Shown in pieces: positions 37,242-50,500 of a stretch of 64,000 nucleotides of DNA. The notes beneath the pieces were generated by a model. That model had not been told where the DNA came from, made no database searches, and was given only the letters and a program-made list of their open reading frames with translations. Within the stretch, counting starts at the first letter, position 1; the number at the start of each line of letters is the position of its first letter. The position numbers and the translations under genes were made by a program. Source of the DNA: a virus (Duplodnaviria > Caudoviricetes); IMG/VR virus record IMGVR_UViG_3300021295_000003, positions 1-64,000 of that record; one strand, given 5' to 3'.

Positions 37242-37850
37242 CTATATTGGTTTAATATTTGTTGTTTGTTCTGTTTGATAAATAAATTCGACAAATAAGT
37301 TCTCTGGTTTATCGGTTAAAGGTTCGCCCTCAATGTGAGGTGCTAAAACAGTTAAATCAGTTGCAGACAATACATTAGAAGTGAATGGCTTACGTTTCGG
37401 TCTAATAATCTGCAAATAATTACCATTAGCAGTATAAACATTCACATAACTATTATTAACAAAACCAATGTCCGCTTCTACTAAATCATCATTAACATAA
37501 TGGTAATCCTCAAATTCTCCATTTTGGAACATCATCTCGGTGAAATAACACGGATTATCATCATCAACATTAATCAAGACTAATTCTAACTGTATTTGAT
37601 AAATCTCTTCTAAATCGGCTTCGGATAACTCGAAACTATCGTGATAACTACTCCAAGTTTCATCAATAGCCCACCTACTTCCAGTATAGAAAGGGTTATT
37701 GATTTCGTTCCCCTCGTAATCAAAGCAATGGAGAATATAATACATTACAGCGACTGTTCTACATTTTAAATAGTTCACAGAGAATGTTATTGTCCCTGCT
37801 TCCATCTCGTGATTTTGTTTTGGGAATAAAATATGTATCTCATCTTGCAT
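37242..37850 (-). CDS. Tail protein (possible carbohydrate-binding fold)
   Basis: Position; beta-rich sequence. Confidence 0.45.
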   Translation of the reverse strand: MQDEIHILFPKQNHEMEAGTITFSVNYLKCRTVAVMYYILHCFDYEGNEINNPFYTGSRWAIDETWSSYHDSFELSEADLEEIYQIQLELVLINVDDDNPCYFTEMMFQNGEFEDYHYVNDDLVEADIGFVNNSYVNVYTANGNYLQIIRPKRKPFTSNVLSATDLTVLAPHIEGEPLTDKPENLFVEFIYQTEQTTNIKPI

Positions 37851-37853
37851 AGT

Positions 37854-39560
37854 TTACAACCTCTTGATTTTCAAATAATTAAATGTTACAAAACTGGAAA
37901 CGAACTTTTTGTCCACTGCGGAGTTTTGAGCAGGTTCAGCCATCAAGAAAGAAGTTACCCCACTTATATCCCCTGAAAAAGATGTAATTAATACACTATT
38001 ACGATAGATGTAATATGTACCATTCTGATGTCTAAACCTTACCACATCATTCGCTTTTACAGAAAACCCATCTCCCATAAAGATAGAAAGTAAAGCATTC
38101 TGATAAGTAACATTTTCCCAATAATAACCTTGACCCTTTGTTTTTTTCTCATTAAATACAGATTGGGCTTGAACAACACTTAAAGACACTTCAAAATCAA
38201 TACTCAAATCCAAAGCAACACTAATAGAAGACCCATTCGTTAATTTATAACCTGTACTCAAACTCTGCAACGAACCATTAACATTAGTATACTCTTGATT
38301 ATAAGAAACACCACTTGCTCTCCAATACTGCAAAACATCTTCAATAGTCAAACTGCTTGAACTACCTGTAATTGCTGCGGAAACATTCACATCACCTGCC
38401 CCTGATCCGTTATATTGTTTGACTATTAAACCATCTTCACTTGTAGTATATGTTCCACTTATCGCTCCTGTGAAATTCACAGGGATTGGAGTTTCTGCTC
38501 CTTGTACAGTTGCAGTAATAGTTGATTGATAGTTTTGAGAAGTAATCAAAGTATCAGCGGTTAATGAAACAGTAACATCAGGGTATAATACAATAGTAAT
38601 ATAATCTGAATAATAAGTCACATCATCAATAGTTGTAGGTAATCTAAATGTCCATCTCCTTTCAGAAACAACAGATGCAGGTTCGTGAGGGTATGGACGA
38701 GATATATTTACTTCTCCATTGCTATCAGTAGTAACGTCCCATATTGTTTGGTTTGCTATACCTTGTCCAAGATAATTCTCCAATCTTGCACGGATATTCA
38801 CATTTTCAAAATTAACAGAATAAGGAGAATAAGATAATATTTGTATAAGGTATCCTACACTTATATTGAAAGTTAATTCACTTGCTCCGCTGTGTTCGTC
38901 ACCTTCAAAATTAATTCTAATGGTATGACTGCCATCAGTTAATCCATTAACTTCAAGAGTTGTATTCCCTCTATCGGTATTAGCTGGGAGAGTAATATTA
39001 GTTGTACCTTGGCTTACATCATCAATAAACCATTCAACAGATTTAACTTCTGCCTTAACAAAAGATTGTCCACTTACAAATTCAATAGGTAATGAGAAAG
39101 CTGAATTTGGAGTATAATTAACGGTTGAGTCATTATATCTTCTAATAGTGGAAGAATAAGCGTCAGGAGTTGGTTCAGTAATAGTTATAAGTCTTGATTT
39201 ACTTCCAAGACAACGGTCATTGCCTTTAAACCTTGCACGGAGATTATGCTCAACATCATAATTCAAATGAACATTAAACGTAAGTTCAGGGTCTTCTTCG
39301 CTCCAATCAATCATATCTGTTTGTAATCCTCCAACGAAAATAGGTATAGGTTCGTCATTATCGTAAACAATAATGTTACTTGTTCCTTTTTCCCCTACCA
39401 CATCAACGGTGAAAGTTTGAACCCCATACTCAATCCTACTATTAGAAAAAGAAACAGGAGTTAAAGTAATGTCAGTTGATTTCGTATAACCAACATCACC
39501 TAAAACCTCAAAAGCTTCTTTTTTTATTTCATAATCGTAGTAAGTTTTTATTCTTGCCAT
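37854..39560 (-). CDS. Ig-like adhesin with C-domain related to the switchable domain of module A
   Basis: GSGAGDVNVSA..SLTIEDVLQY..YLKIKRL. Confidence 0.6.
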   Translation of the reverse strand: MARIKTYYDYEIKKEAFEVLGDVGYTKSTDITLTPVSFSNSRIEYGVQTFTVDVVGEKGTSNIIVYDNDEPIPIFVGGLQTDMIDWSEEDPELTFNVHLNYDVEHNLRARFKGNDRCLGSKSRLITITEPTPDAYSSTIRRYNDSTVNYTPNSAFSLPIEFVSGQSFVKAEVKSVEWFIDDVSQGTTNITLPANTDRGNTTLEVNGLTDGSHTIRINFEGDEHSGASELTFNISVGYLIQILSYSPYSVNFENVNIRARLENYLGQGIANQTIWDVTTDSNGEVNISRPYPHEPASVVSERRWTFRLPTTIDDVTYYSDYITIVLYPDVTVSLTADTLITSQNYQSTITATVQGAETPIPVNFTGAISGTYTTSEDGLIVKQYNGSGAGDVNVSAAITGSSSSLTIEDVLQYWRASGVSYNQEYTNVNGSLQSLSTGYKLTNGSSISVALDLSIDFEVSLSVVQAQSVFNEKKTKGQGYYWENVTYQNALLSIFMGDGFSVKANDVVRFRHQNGTYYIYRNSVLITSFSGDISGVTSFLMAEPAQNSAVDKKFVSSFVTFNYLKIKRL

Positions 39561-39564
39561 ATTA

Positions 39565-42500
39565 TCACTTCTTCGCTACTGTTTCGTGGAAAGTCCAAGT
39601 TTTCTTTTTCAAATTCTTATCTCCGGCATAGGTTACTTTGTATGTCTTATATCCTGCTTTGTTAATCAAGAGATAAGCATTTCCGTTATCATTTGTTGTT
39701 TTTGTGTAACGTTTTCCCCCGTGACTGATAACAACTTTCTTCTTTGCTAATGGATAACCCTGTGGGTCTTGCAATTTAAATTTTGCTTTTGCTCCTTTCT
39801 TTCCTGCTCCGGTGAAAGTCATTTTAGGTGTGCCTTTGGATATAGTTATGTCACGTGACACGGAAGTGAGCATAGGCAAAGTAGGGTCATCGTATTGATG
39901 AAATCTTGCTCTAACGGTATGTTTTCCAACAGTCCAACGTCTAAACTGGTCTAATCGCACCTCATTGTTTAAATTCAAGTCTTTCAAGTAGATTTTACCA
40001 TCTTTATCGGTTGTAGCAGTCCAAACTCCTCCGTGAGGTAAATCTCTTTGAATGAGTTTCCCTTGTACGGGTTGTCCTCCTTTGGTTAATCTCCAACTCC
40101 AATTTGGCATTTCCATATATGTGGATTTTGTTGGGAGATTTAGGATTTCCAATTTATATGCTCCTTGCGGATCAGTAGAAGAGGAATTGTCTTTGTATTG
40201 TTCTGGTATGACGGTTATTTTGTCGGTGTATGCTATTCCTTTGTTTCCGTTTCCTGTGTAGACTGCTCTGACTGTGTGTTCTTTGTTGTCTGGGAATATT
40301 ATTCCGAATTTTGGTGTTGTTACCAAATCCGTCATAATATATTTGCCATTTTCATCTGTTTGAGGTGTATTGTTTAATACAGAAATGACTTCGGATACTT
40401 CTCCATCGATTAGAATGATTACTCCATCGTTTATTATATCATTTGACCCATCAAGTGTCCAAATACTTACTTGGTTATTGTATATTTTAGCACTTGGGGG
40501 AGTCAATGATAATGTCGGGTTGATAGTAACATCAGGATTACCTGTATCATCAATGACAAGACAATTACTATTAATATCTCTACTACCCACACAATCAGGC
40601 AGCATATTTTGATGGTTAAGCAAATCCCAAAAGATTGGAATGTCTTCGGCTTCACCATTCACGCTTTCAGCCCAAATTTGTGTCCATTTAGTATGGAATT
40701 TCAAATCTTCATTTGGGTGTTTGATTAACACGTAAGGGTGTCCTCTATACATTGTATAAACAGTTGTATCTGCTACAATCTCTATTTTATCATCAGAAAA
40801 TGCTCCAATACTGAAATCAGTATGAATACCTTGTAATTCTGCAACATTAATATAACTGTTAGATTGCACATCATATTTAGACAAGTACAATTCACCATTT
40901 AAACGATTAAAACCAAGTCTAACCAATCCATTATCTAAATAGAAAGTAGAATAACTATTATCAAGACTAAATAATGAACTTCCAACTTGATTTTCAATAT
41001 CTACGCCACAGAAATACATATAGAACGGTTCTTGTATATATGTGAAGTTATTACTGCCATCATCTTTGAAATAATAGATAGTTCCTTCATTACATTGACG
41101 TGTAAATAAAACCTTTTTATCAGGAATAGGGAATGATGAGATGTACATTCCTGCATAATCGTTCGCATAATCACTTGTAATCATTGACTCTGCCACTTCA
41201 AAGTTAAAGAAGTGTAAAACGTCAGCAGTATCTCCATCGGTGTTTAAGTTTTGGAATTGTAAGTCATAATAATAGTTTTTAGGAAGTAATTCTGTACTGA
41301 AAGTTATGGATTTACCGTTATAACCCTCATCAGTAACTGTTAAGTTGTTTTTGTTGATATAGAAACGTACTGATGACCCATACACGTAATCGTTGAATGC
41401 GAAGATTTCCCCATCATCAGTATCATCGTCATCATCAACATATAAATCTTCTTCGTCTTCTTGTACAACCTCATATTTACCAGTTTCTTCATTAAAGACT
41501 GTTTTTAACTGTAAACTTTCAACATCAACAGATAATAACAGTTCTTTATCAATAACTTCTTCCCAAGACCCATCTTCCAACAAGCGACTTGCTTTAACCA
41601 TACAAGTGAAATACTCTGTATCAGTATCAAACTCATAATTGTAATATTGATATTTAAATAATGGAGTTCCCTTATCATCGGTGATGTAGATTATTCTTTC
41701 GATATTATTTTCTTTATTTTCTTCAATCTTTGAACTGTTCCAAGTTAAATGAATATCTGCTTGTTCAGGTAAAGTTTCATTAGATTTAATACGGATATGT
41801 TGCTTATTATCCATTGTGATAATTGTACGAAGGTTCTCATCGATTTCTTCCGGTTCTTCGTCCTCTTCAACATCAGCGTATTTGTCATAAATGTAAACTC
41901 CATCGGTATCTACATCAAAATAACCGCTACTGGTGACTGGTTCTCCGTCTTCGTCAAGATAAGTGTATGTGGCAAATTCTTCTCCACTTTCAAGAACGTT
42001 AATAGTCATTTGAGGCATTTCCGCAGGAGTAGAGTCTTTTGATTTCTCAATACTAAATCTTGTATTGATATTATGAGTCAAGTAACTGACCTCTAATTCC
42101 CCATCATAGTATAAAGGATTAGTTTTACTTACTCCTTTAACTCCATAAAGTTCAACCCAACCCCTATGGTTCAATACGTCCCCTTCAAACGCTTTCGGAA
42201 CAAGATTAACAGGCACAGGCTTATCCACTTTGGTTAAACCTTGCAAAGTAGTCCAATCACGTGGAGGCAGTTTGATTTGAAGACTAATGTCCTCATCAAT
42301 TTCACCTTTTTTACCCATATAGGTTTTGTTTTTATAACTTTCACGTAATAAATCGTTACTGTAATCAGATTTAGGTTCATAATGACTTGTATGTACTGGA
42401 ACACACCCAATATAAGCAACTTCGTCCCATTTATGAGCTTTAAGAGTACAATCCCCTTCAATCATCACACTATCATACGGATTAACCGCAATAGGCAAAA

Positions 42501-44016
42501 TATGCCCCAAAGCGTCCACTTCAACCAATACACGATGGTCGAACCAAATAATAGGGTCAATCTGAAAAGCAATCTCGGTATTTTCACTATCCAAAGCAGT
42601 ATAAGGGTCAGTATACCTATGTGTAACACTTCCATCTTGCCTTGTAACAATCAAAGTGTTATCACCATCAATTAAAGGAATAAAACAACCTCTCCATTTG
42701 ATAACTGCATTATCAATATGCTCACCGCCATCATTAATTAAATCAAAAGTAACACTATTATTAGTATAATCCACAATACTAATACCTTCGGCAGCACTTG
42801 AAGGGTCAAGCTCCCAATTAACTAACACATTAGTATTATCAGTTGATAAATCCAAACCATACTGCTCAATAACCGCAGAAGACACTTTTGAGTAATCTAC
42901 ACGGTCTTGACCGTCCACATCAACATAATAAGTAACAGTATTTGCAGAAGTTGAAGTACGTATACTGAAATACCAACAAGACTCCTTATTCGCTTGTATT
43001 GTACCGTGTTGAATAGTAATGTCCTCTGATGGACGAGGGTCAATATAATAAGGATAATCCGCATTACCAAGCTTTGAATGTAACGTTTTCAAACCAAACG
43101 CAGACAAACGCAAACACAAACGATTAGTTGTAGACGCTAAACCTGCACCACTACAAACCCAAGAATACTCACCATTACCAAGATTAGTCATTGGTTTAGT
43201 ATTCGATACCAACGTAGTATCAGGAGGCAAACTAATCTTAACAGTCTGATTACCCCCATTCGCTTTCGTAGTATTCCTTAAAGTAACATCAACACAAACA
43301 GTATCATTAACACTACAAGAATGAGGATTATCCTTACTTGTAGCCCTACCATAAGTTAAAACATAATTAGGAATTTCATAATCAACAATAACATAAGCGT
43401 GTTTCAAATAAACATTCGCAGAGTTATCAGTCATAGAGTCAATGTCTTGAAACTTCAAATCAATACCAAACGCAGGTTTATGTAACTGCCCTGTTGGATA
43501 CGCCATTTTATTCCATTCTTCTCCACTAATGGTATAAGCAATATCCTGATTTGAAGTTGTTAATTTTGTTGATGGATATACACGGTAAGTATTATTATAC
43601 CAACCGGTTTTACCATCTTTGGAATGTTGAGTAACCTTACCTTTACCATTATAAATCATAAAAGAACCGACAGGAGCTTTCACCTTCAATCCTTTCTCAC
43701 AAGACAAACCTACGTAAATTGTAACTTTATTAATATACGCATTTTTGGGAATGTCTTCTGTGCTGATCCGAAAATCTGCTATTGCAATAGTTTGAGGATT
43801 TACCATATAGGAAGTTCCTGCTTTTGCATTTTTAAAAGCCGAAGAGTCGCTTCCTTTTGAGGTGTATTTTATTTTCCGTGTATATTTTCCAGTTGCAACA
43901 GTTTCTGTATTCCCATTTGCGTTTTGGATATTAATCCATTTGTTGTAGGGGGTTGTTACGTTTGGGTTCGGTTGTTCGTTTGTGGTTTTAGAGTATATTT
44001 TTTTAGTTTTAGTCAT
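39565..44016 (-). CDS. Large minor tail/adhesin protein
   Basis: 1483 aa; Ig-like C-terminus (TTNDNGNA..YAGD) like methanogen adhesins. Confidence 0.55.
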   Translation of the reverse strand: MTKTKKIYSKTTNEQPNPNVTTPYNKWINIQNANGNTETVATGKYTRKIKYTSKGSDSSAFKNAKAGTSYMVNPQTIAIADFRISTEDIPKNAYINKVTIYVGLSCEKGLKVKAPVGSFMIYNGKGKVTQHSKDGKTGWYNNTYRVYPSTKLTTSNQDIAYTISGEEWNKMAYPTGQLHKPAFGIDLKFQDIDSMTDNSANVYLKHAYVIVDYEIPNYVLTYGRATSKDNPHSCSVNDTVCVDVTLRNTTKANGGNQTVKISLPPDTTLVSNTKPMTNLGNGEYSWVCSGAGLASTTNRLCLRLSAFGLKTLHSKLGNADYPYYIDPRPSEDITIQHGTIQANKESCWYFSIRTSTSANTVTYYVDVDGQDRVDYSKVSSAVIEQYGLDLSTDNTNVLVNWELDPSSAAEGISIVDYTNNSVTFDLINDGGEHIDNAVIKWRGCFIPLIDGDNTLIVTRQDGSVTHRYTDPYTALDSENTEIAFQIDPIIWFDHRVLVEVDALGHILPIAVNPYDSVMIEGDCTLKAHKWDEVAYIGCVPVHTSHYEPKSDYSNDLLRESYKNKTYMGKKGEIDEDISLQIKLPPRDWTTLQGLTKVDKPVPVNLVPKAFEGDVLNHRGWVELYGVKGVSKTNPLYYDGELEVSYLTHNINTRFSIEKSKDSTPAEMPQMTINVLESGEEFATYTYLDEDGEPVTSSGYFDVDTDGVYIYDKYADVEEDEEPEEIDENLRTIITMDNKQHIRIKSNETLPEQADIHLTWNSSKIEENKENNIERIIYITDDKGTPLFKYQYYNYEFDTDTEYFTCMVKASRLLEDGSWEEVIDKELLLSVDVESLQLKTVFNEETGKYEVVQEDEEDLYVDDDDDTDDGEIFAFNDYVYGSSVRFYINKNNLTVTDEGYNGKSITFSTELLPKNYYYDLQFQNLNTDGDTADVLHFFNFEVAESMITSDYANDYAGMYISSFPIPDKKVLFTRQCNEGTIYYFKDDGSNNFTYIQEPFYMYFCGVDIENQVGSSLFSLDNSYSTFYLDNGLVRLGFNRLNGELYLSKYDVQSNSYINVAELQGIHTDFSIGAFSDDKIEIVADTTVYTMYRGHPYVLIKHPNEDLKFHTKWTQIWAESVNGEAEDIPIFWDLLNHQNMLPDCVGSRDINSNCLVIDDTGNPDVTINPTLSLTPPSAKIYNNQVSIWTLDGSNDIINDGVIILIDGEVSEVISVLNNTPQTDENGKYIMTDLVTTPKFGIIFPDNKEHTVRAVYTGNGNKGIAYTDKITVIPEQYKDNSSSTDPQGAYKLEILNLPTKSTYMEMPNWSWRLTKGGQPVQGKLIQRDLPHGGVWTATTDKDGKIYLKDLNLNNEVRLDQFRRWTVGKHTVRARFHQYDDPTLPMLTSVSRDITISKGTPKMTFTGAGKKGAKAKFKLQDPQGYPLAKKKVVISHGGKRYTKTTNDNGNAYLLINKAGYKTYKVTYAGDKNLKKKTWTFHETVAKK

Positions 44017-44037
44017 TATACTCTTACCTCCATTTGT

Positions 44038-44517
44038 TTAAATTTGTCCTTCGTACGCTTGACTGTAAATAGACCATATCATACCATCAATAGGCATAAT
44101 AACCTCCTTTTGGATAGTCATAGGAGCATTGTTAATAGAATACGCTAAAACAGTTCCACTCGCATTACCAGTCGCTACAATCAAAAACGCTCCTTTAAGT
44201 AAGTGAGTTTCATCGTTCAAGTCATAACTAATACTATTACTTGCAATACTAATAGTACGATTAGCATTAACAGATTTCTGCCATAACAAAGCACATAAAC
44301 CATCTTCACTATCAGTATTAATTAAAGTAACCTCATCATTCAAACAACCATTCTCATCAAGACATTCCTCGATATTGGCTGGACAAGCTTCTACAAGTAC
44401 AACACGGAAATTCTTTGTAGTTCCATCGAACATTGATGTTTTCAAGTCATCAGTATCGATTAAAGTTTCCATAAAATCGTCTATCTTCGTAAAACTAAAC
44501 AAAATACTATCTGCCAT
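44038..44517 (-). CDS. Tail protein downstream of the TMP
   Basis: Position; GGTGA RBS. Confidence 0.45.
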   Translation of the reverse strand: MADSILFSFTKIDDFMETLIDTDDLKTSMFDGTTKNFRVVLVEACPANIEECLDENGCLNDEVTLINTDSEDGLCALLWQKSVNANRTISIASNSISYDLNDETHLLKGAFLIVATGNASGTVLAYSINNAPMTIQKEVIMPIDGMIWSIYSQAYEGQI

Positions 44518-44551
44518 ATTTAATCACCATAAAAAAAAGATAAAAAGGGGA

Positions 44552-47500
44552 TTAATTACCAGTAGCTGGATTAATACCCAAAATATCAAGAATTTGTTTT
44601 CCACTTCTTTCGTCAATCCTTTTATTATTCACTTCAACATCGTTTCCGTGAACATTAATTTCAATATTAGTATTGTAAGTATCTCCACCGTTTGTAGGTA
44701 CATCGCCTTTTGTTGCGTATCTACGAGGCATACTACCTGCGTTATAACCTTTAACAGCACTACTTGTGAAACTACCTCTGTTCTGTATAGCAGTAGGGTC
44801 AATAATACCAAGACCCGGAATATTAGCCCATACGTGACCTATACCGTTCCAAGTACCGTGTCCACGTGAACCTTCAAATCCAAATGCTCTTGCAATTGCA
44901 AGGACAATATTAGTACCGTCCCAACAATTAAATGCTCCCGCTCTCAAAGCAGCAACAGGGTCATCACCGAAATTACTATCAAAGTATTTATCATAATCAG
45001 TAGCACGAATAACATCGAAAATATACTGTTTCGCAACATCAGCTCTACCTTTAACAGGGAAATTACTATTTTCAAACTTACCTACATTTAGGAAATCGTC
45101 AAGGTGATATGCTCCGAAATGAGTATTCCAACCTTTAAACTTCTTACTAATCTTATTAGTCCAGTTAAAGTTCCAACCACCTGCATAGCAAGGTTTACCT
45201 GTTTCCATCATACATTTTAAGTATTCTAACATACTATTATCAGAAGGTTGTCCGCTACTACGTCTTCCTTTGAAGAGTGATTGACTTCTACTGATTGTAC
45301 CTCCTGCGTAATGCCCATTCGCACGTCCACCTGTAAACCTGCGTCTAATAGACCCAGTATGCCCTCCTTGACTACCAATCAACTGGTCTGGGTGTTTAAT
45401 CTTATTCCAAAACTCTCCAAGATTAGATTTCAATTTATTAATCTTCTGACCTGTTTGAGTCTTGATATGGTCGGCACTTGCAATTAATGCGTCTTGCATT
45501 CCTCTCCAAGATGTTTTAATGTTTCCAATATTACCAATTGTGGCTGCTTTCATATTTGACAAGCTTGAACGTGTTTTCGCTACAATGTTGGTGAAACTTG
45601 ATTGTATACCTGTCTTCATAGCATTAAAGTTTGTAACAACTTGTGATTTCATACCAGTTACAGTAGGTAGAATAGTAGAAATTGACTGTTTGAATTGGTC
45701 GAGGTTAGGAAGTTGAATATTGCCTAAACCAAATGTAGGGTTGAAGTTAGTAGTTAATGATTGAGCTAACTGTGAAGCCATTTGAGGTAAGTTCAAACCC
45801 CCTGTGTTAGTCAAAGCTTGACCGATGTAACCCATCTCATCAGATACCGCCCTTGCCATTTTACCTGGACTGTGCTGATCCAATCCATTGTTATCTTTGA
45901 AACCATTAGACAAGGAAGTACCCAAAGCAGCCCCTCTGTCATAGAAATCTTGTTTACGCTCATCAAGATATTGTAAAGCATATCCTACTTCGGTTTCAAC
46001 GGTGCTTTTGATTTTAGCATTGTCCTTAAAACCATTGGATAATTTTTCTCCGAGTCCTTTTCCTTTACTACTCATTGTGTCAGATAACCCTGTAAGAGCA
46101 GAAGAAACGTCGCTATTTAAGGAGGTTAATCCTTCTTTGACTCCACTTACGATAGCAGTACCCATATTCTTTGCAGTTGCCTTAACAGTAGGGATTGCTC
46201 CTGTCAGGGTAGTTTTGGTATTATTGATTTGGGTTTGCAATGCAGACACAACATTACTTGCATTAGTCACTCCACTTGTATCCCCACTTCCAGTAGCAGT
46301 TAAACCATTAATTTTAGTATTGAAGTTCATTATGTCTTTAACAGACATATATAACTCATCTAATCCGCTTTTAAGACCACTTGCTTGTGGGTTTCCATCT
46401 CCAATTAAGTAACCAACTGCTGCTCCAAGAATACCCCCACTTGCCATATTTCCTTGCCAAGAAGCGTCCACAGCACTTCCCATAGCATTTTTAACAGCGT
46501 CAATAGCGGTTTGAATAGCACTAATACCATTAGCACTATTTTGAAGGGCAGCGACTTTATCAGGATTAATCGGTTCAACAGTAATGTTTTCATTGAAGTT
46601 TTTAACAAACTCGTTTAACTGGTCTATTGGTTGTTTTAATTGTTCAAAGTAGTTAGTTACACCATTAGTGTCTGCTGTGGCTGCTCCACTTACTGCGTCT
46701 TGGTATTTTTCGTTTGGTGAACGAGTATCTGTTTCAAAGTTTGGTAAATCTTTTAAGGCTTCTTTTACAGTTACTAATGCAGTTTTAACACTATCTATAC
46801 CAGTAGCAGACTCTGACAAAGTAGTAACTTTCGCAGAGTCAATTTGGGTAATTTCTAATTTATTAAAATCAGTTATGAAAGTTTCTAATTGAGAGAAGAA
46901 ACCTCCTTCACCAGTTAATTGAGTTAAATCCGCACCAATCTTAACTCCAATTAAATTAGCAACAGCAGTAGCAAGACTATCCCAAGCAATCAAAGCAAAA
47001 GCACTCATAGCTTGTTCAACATAACCTAACGCTTCGGCAGTTAATTTAATAGCCTCTGCACCTTGTTGAACATTACTTAAATCAGTAAACTTATCCCCCA
47101 ATGCTCCTATTTGTTGCAATGGATATTCAAGACTCCAAATAGTTTCGGCAACCCATAACATACCGATAGGAATGCCTAATGTAATTGCAGTTCCCATAAT
47201 CGCTCCAAGAATTGGATTAGCAAATGCAATCGCAACAGTAGCAATCGCCAAAGCCAAAGCAGGGATAAATGGTGCAAGATACATTAAAGAGTCAGACACA
47301 ATCTTCATAGCTTGTGTTCCTTTTTGCACTTGTGCTTGAATACCACTATACTGGTCGCCTAATGCTCCAATCGCCCAAATACTTGGAATAATCATTACAA
47401 TAGTTTCTGCTACAAGCAACATACCTGCTACAATACCAATCGCTGCTTTAAGAGTTCCTGTAACAATTTGAGTATAAGATGGAGCATATTTATCCATAAT

Positions 47501-50500
47501 CAAAGATAACCCTACAACAGCAGGGAGTAACACCGCTAAAACAGGGGAAATCATTTTCAAACCTTCAATTCCTGCTTGGATTTCAGGTTCTTGTGCTTTA
47601 AATTGTTTACCAACTTCGGCTAACCCCCACATAGGTGCTTTAAGCAATATAATCGCTTCTGTGATTAAAAGCATACCTGCTACAATACCTATGGCGGCTC
47701 TTGCATAATTTTGAGCGTCAGATTTCAAAGTTTCTTTAAATGGTGTTTTTGCTTTGGTTTTATCCACATCACCATTTATCCCACCAGTAGAAGTTGATGT
47801 ACTGCCTCCTGTTTTTTCAATAGCGTCTTCGGCATTGTCTTTAACATCTTTCCAACCTTTTGCAACATCTTTAAGTTTACCACCAACTTTCTTCAAGACC
47901 TCAAAGACAGAGTCAGAACCTGAAACCCATTTACCAATCTTTAAACCAATAAGTCCCAAACCAGTTCCTAATGCACCAATTGCAAAGACCCATCGACCGC
48001 TTTCAGTACCAAAGAAGTTCAATAACGCTTCTCCAATGCCTACAAGAGCGTCTTTAATTGCATAAGCAGTAGGTTTTAAATCGTCCCAAGTCTTTTGAAC
48101 AGCTTTCCAAAAGTTAAGGAATGCGTCATTATTCCAAATGTCAATCCAAAGTAATTTAAGGTTATCAATAGCAAAGTAAGCCCCTGCCATTAAATCTCCT
48201 TGATAGAACTGTTTTAAATGCTCTCCGGCTTCCTCTGCAACAGTAGAATACTCCATTATGTACTTATCCATATCCTTTTGAGTACGATTAGTTTCATTCA
48301 TATGCTCCAAGTTTTCGCTAATATGTTTACTTGAAGCTTCTAACCAATCGTACTGTTTGTTATATGAATTAGTAATCTCATATTGGGCTTGATTGATTTT
48401 ATCAACCCAAAATGCTTGTTTTTCAGTCGCTTCGGTTTCAGAGTGTCCTGCTGCCATTAAATTTTGTTTACGGAAACTTGATTGAGCCAACTTAATGGAT
48501 TTTTCCCTTTCATCATTTTGGGCTTTATAACTTTTCGCTAACTTATTCGCAGTTTCTAATTCTTTTACATTACCATCTACAATGGCTTTGTTAGCTTTTG
48601 CTTGTGCATATTTATTTTTATCTTCTTTTGAAGTAGCATTAGCATACTTATCCATTATTTTCTGATAACTTGCAGACTCTTCTTTTGCCTCTTTGAGTTT
48701 GTCTGATCCGGTTTCAACAATTTCGTTGAACGCTTCAACTCGTTTTTTGACAAGGTCTGCTTGAACTGCCATTGAAGATAACCAAGCAACTATACCAATA
48801 GCCATTACTCCACGGATTGCCAAACCAAGCACTTTCCAAGAAGTAGCAGTTTTAAGAATGGCTTTTCCTCTACTTAATTCAGCAGCTTCACTTAATTTAA
48901 TATTATTTGTTAGATATGCTAATCTTTGAGAGCGAGTTAATTCTAATTTACTTAACTTTCCAGTTAATTTACCATTTTTATCCCGTTCCAAGAAAGATAT
49001 ACGCTCAATATCAATACCCTCTTTTAATAAAGCTTTATTATGTAACAATGCTTTTCCATATCCTTTTTCGGCAAGAACTGTTTGATTAACTCCTAATAAT
49101 CTTCCCATTATGGATTTAGTCCAACGGGTGTTTGCTACTTCACTTGCTTTTGTTCCGCTGATAACTGCGGCTAATGCTCTACGGAAACCATACTGTGCTA
49201 CTTCGGCTTTATTCAAGTTCAAAGCAGCAGTAGCAATTGATTTGCTCCAACCGATAGTTGCAATATCTGCAAGACCCATTCCTTTGGTTACCATTGGTAA
49301 AGCGGTGAGTATTCCTCCGAATAATGCTCCTCCTCCACCAATCCAAAGGAAACTTCTCCAAAATGAATTTAAACTATTAAATGAAGTAGAAACACTATCA
49401 ATTGCTCCAATAATCATATTAAATGCTTCTACAATCATTGGAGAGGCAGAGTCAAGTAAATCAGCACCAGTTTCCTCAAACCTTGATTGAGTAATAGTCA
49501 ATACATCATTTAAGGAAGTTGCTTTTTTAGCAAAAACGTCCCAATGCCTATCAAGGGCTGCTTTTTTCAATGCTTTGAGTAAACCATCGATGTTGGTTTT
49601 ATCTTCGTCCCAACCATATGCGACTAATTCTTCTTTACCTACACCAGTTTCTCTGGATAATCTTTGGAACTCTCCTTGAAGAATATCTTTAACTGCAAGT
49701 GCTGCTTCTTCTGATTTACGCCCTGCACGGACATATTCAGATTGTATCATAGTAACAATCGGTAGAGCATCTTTCATCTGTTTAGCAGTTAAATCAAATT
49801 CCAAACCAATGCTTGATACAGTTTCTCCTATACTGTACTTATTAACTTTTTTATAGGTTTTTGTGAGTTTATCAAGTTCCTTACGGAAATACTTTATTCC
49901 CCCTTCTCCAACCTTATCATTTTGTTTTAGTTGAGCTTCCATTTCGTTTTTAGCAGTTACGGTGGTTTTTATGCCTTCTGCAATTTGAGAAGCGAACCCC
50001 CAAAGAGCCATACCCCCCATTGCTGTGAAAATCATTTTAAGAGATAATAATGCCCCCCTAATTTGATAAAGAGTATTGGAAAGTATTCTACCACTATGGG
50101 CAGTTTGAGTCACGCCATTGTTGAAAGAAGTTAAACCTCTTCCAGTATTACGTGCATTAACTCCTGTTTTAGTTAATTCACTATTTCCAAGAGATAATTC
50201 TCTAATTGCTTGTTGAGAAGAACTTCCAAGTAATTTTAACTTATTTGCTAATTTAGTAAGTTCACTTTCATAAGTTTGAGCTGTGATTTCGCCTTTTTTA
50301 AATGCAGTTTCCAATACATTTAATTTATCACGGTAAATTGTTGTTTGTTGGCTTAATTTAGCAAGAGCAGATTTATTCTTACTACTTATACTTGAAAAAT
50401 GACTCAACTCCCTACTAATACGGGATAATTTACCTGCAAGTTCATTAGACATACCCATAGAGTCCATAGAAGACATTACCATATGTGCTTTATTAGAAAA

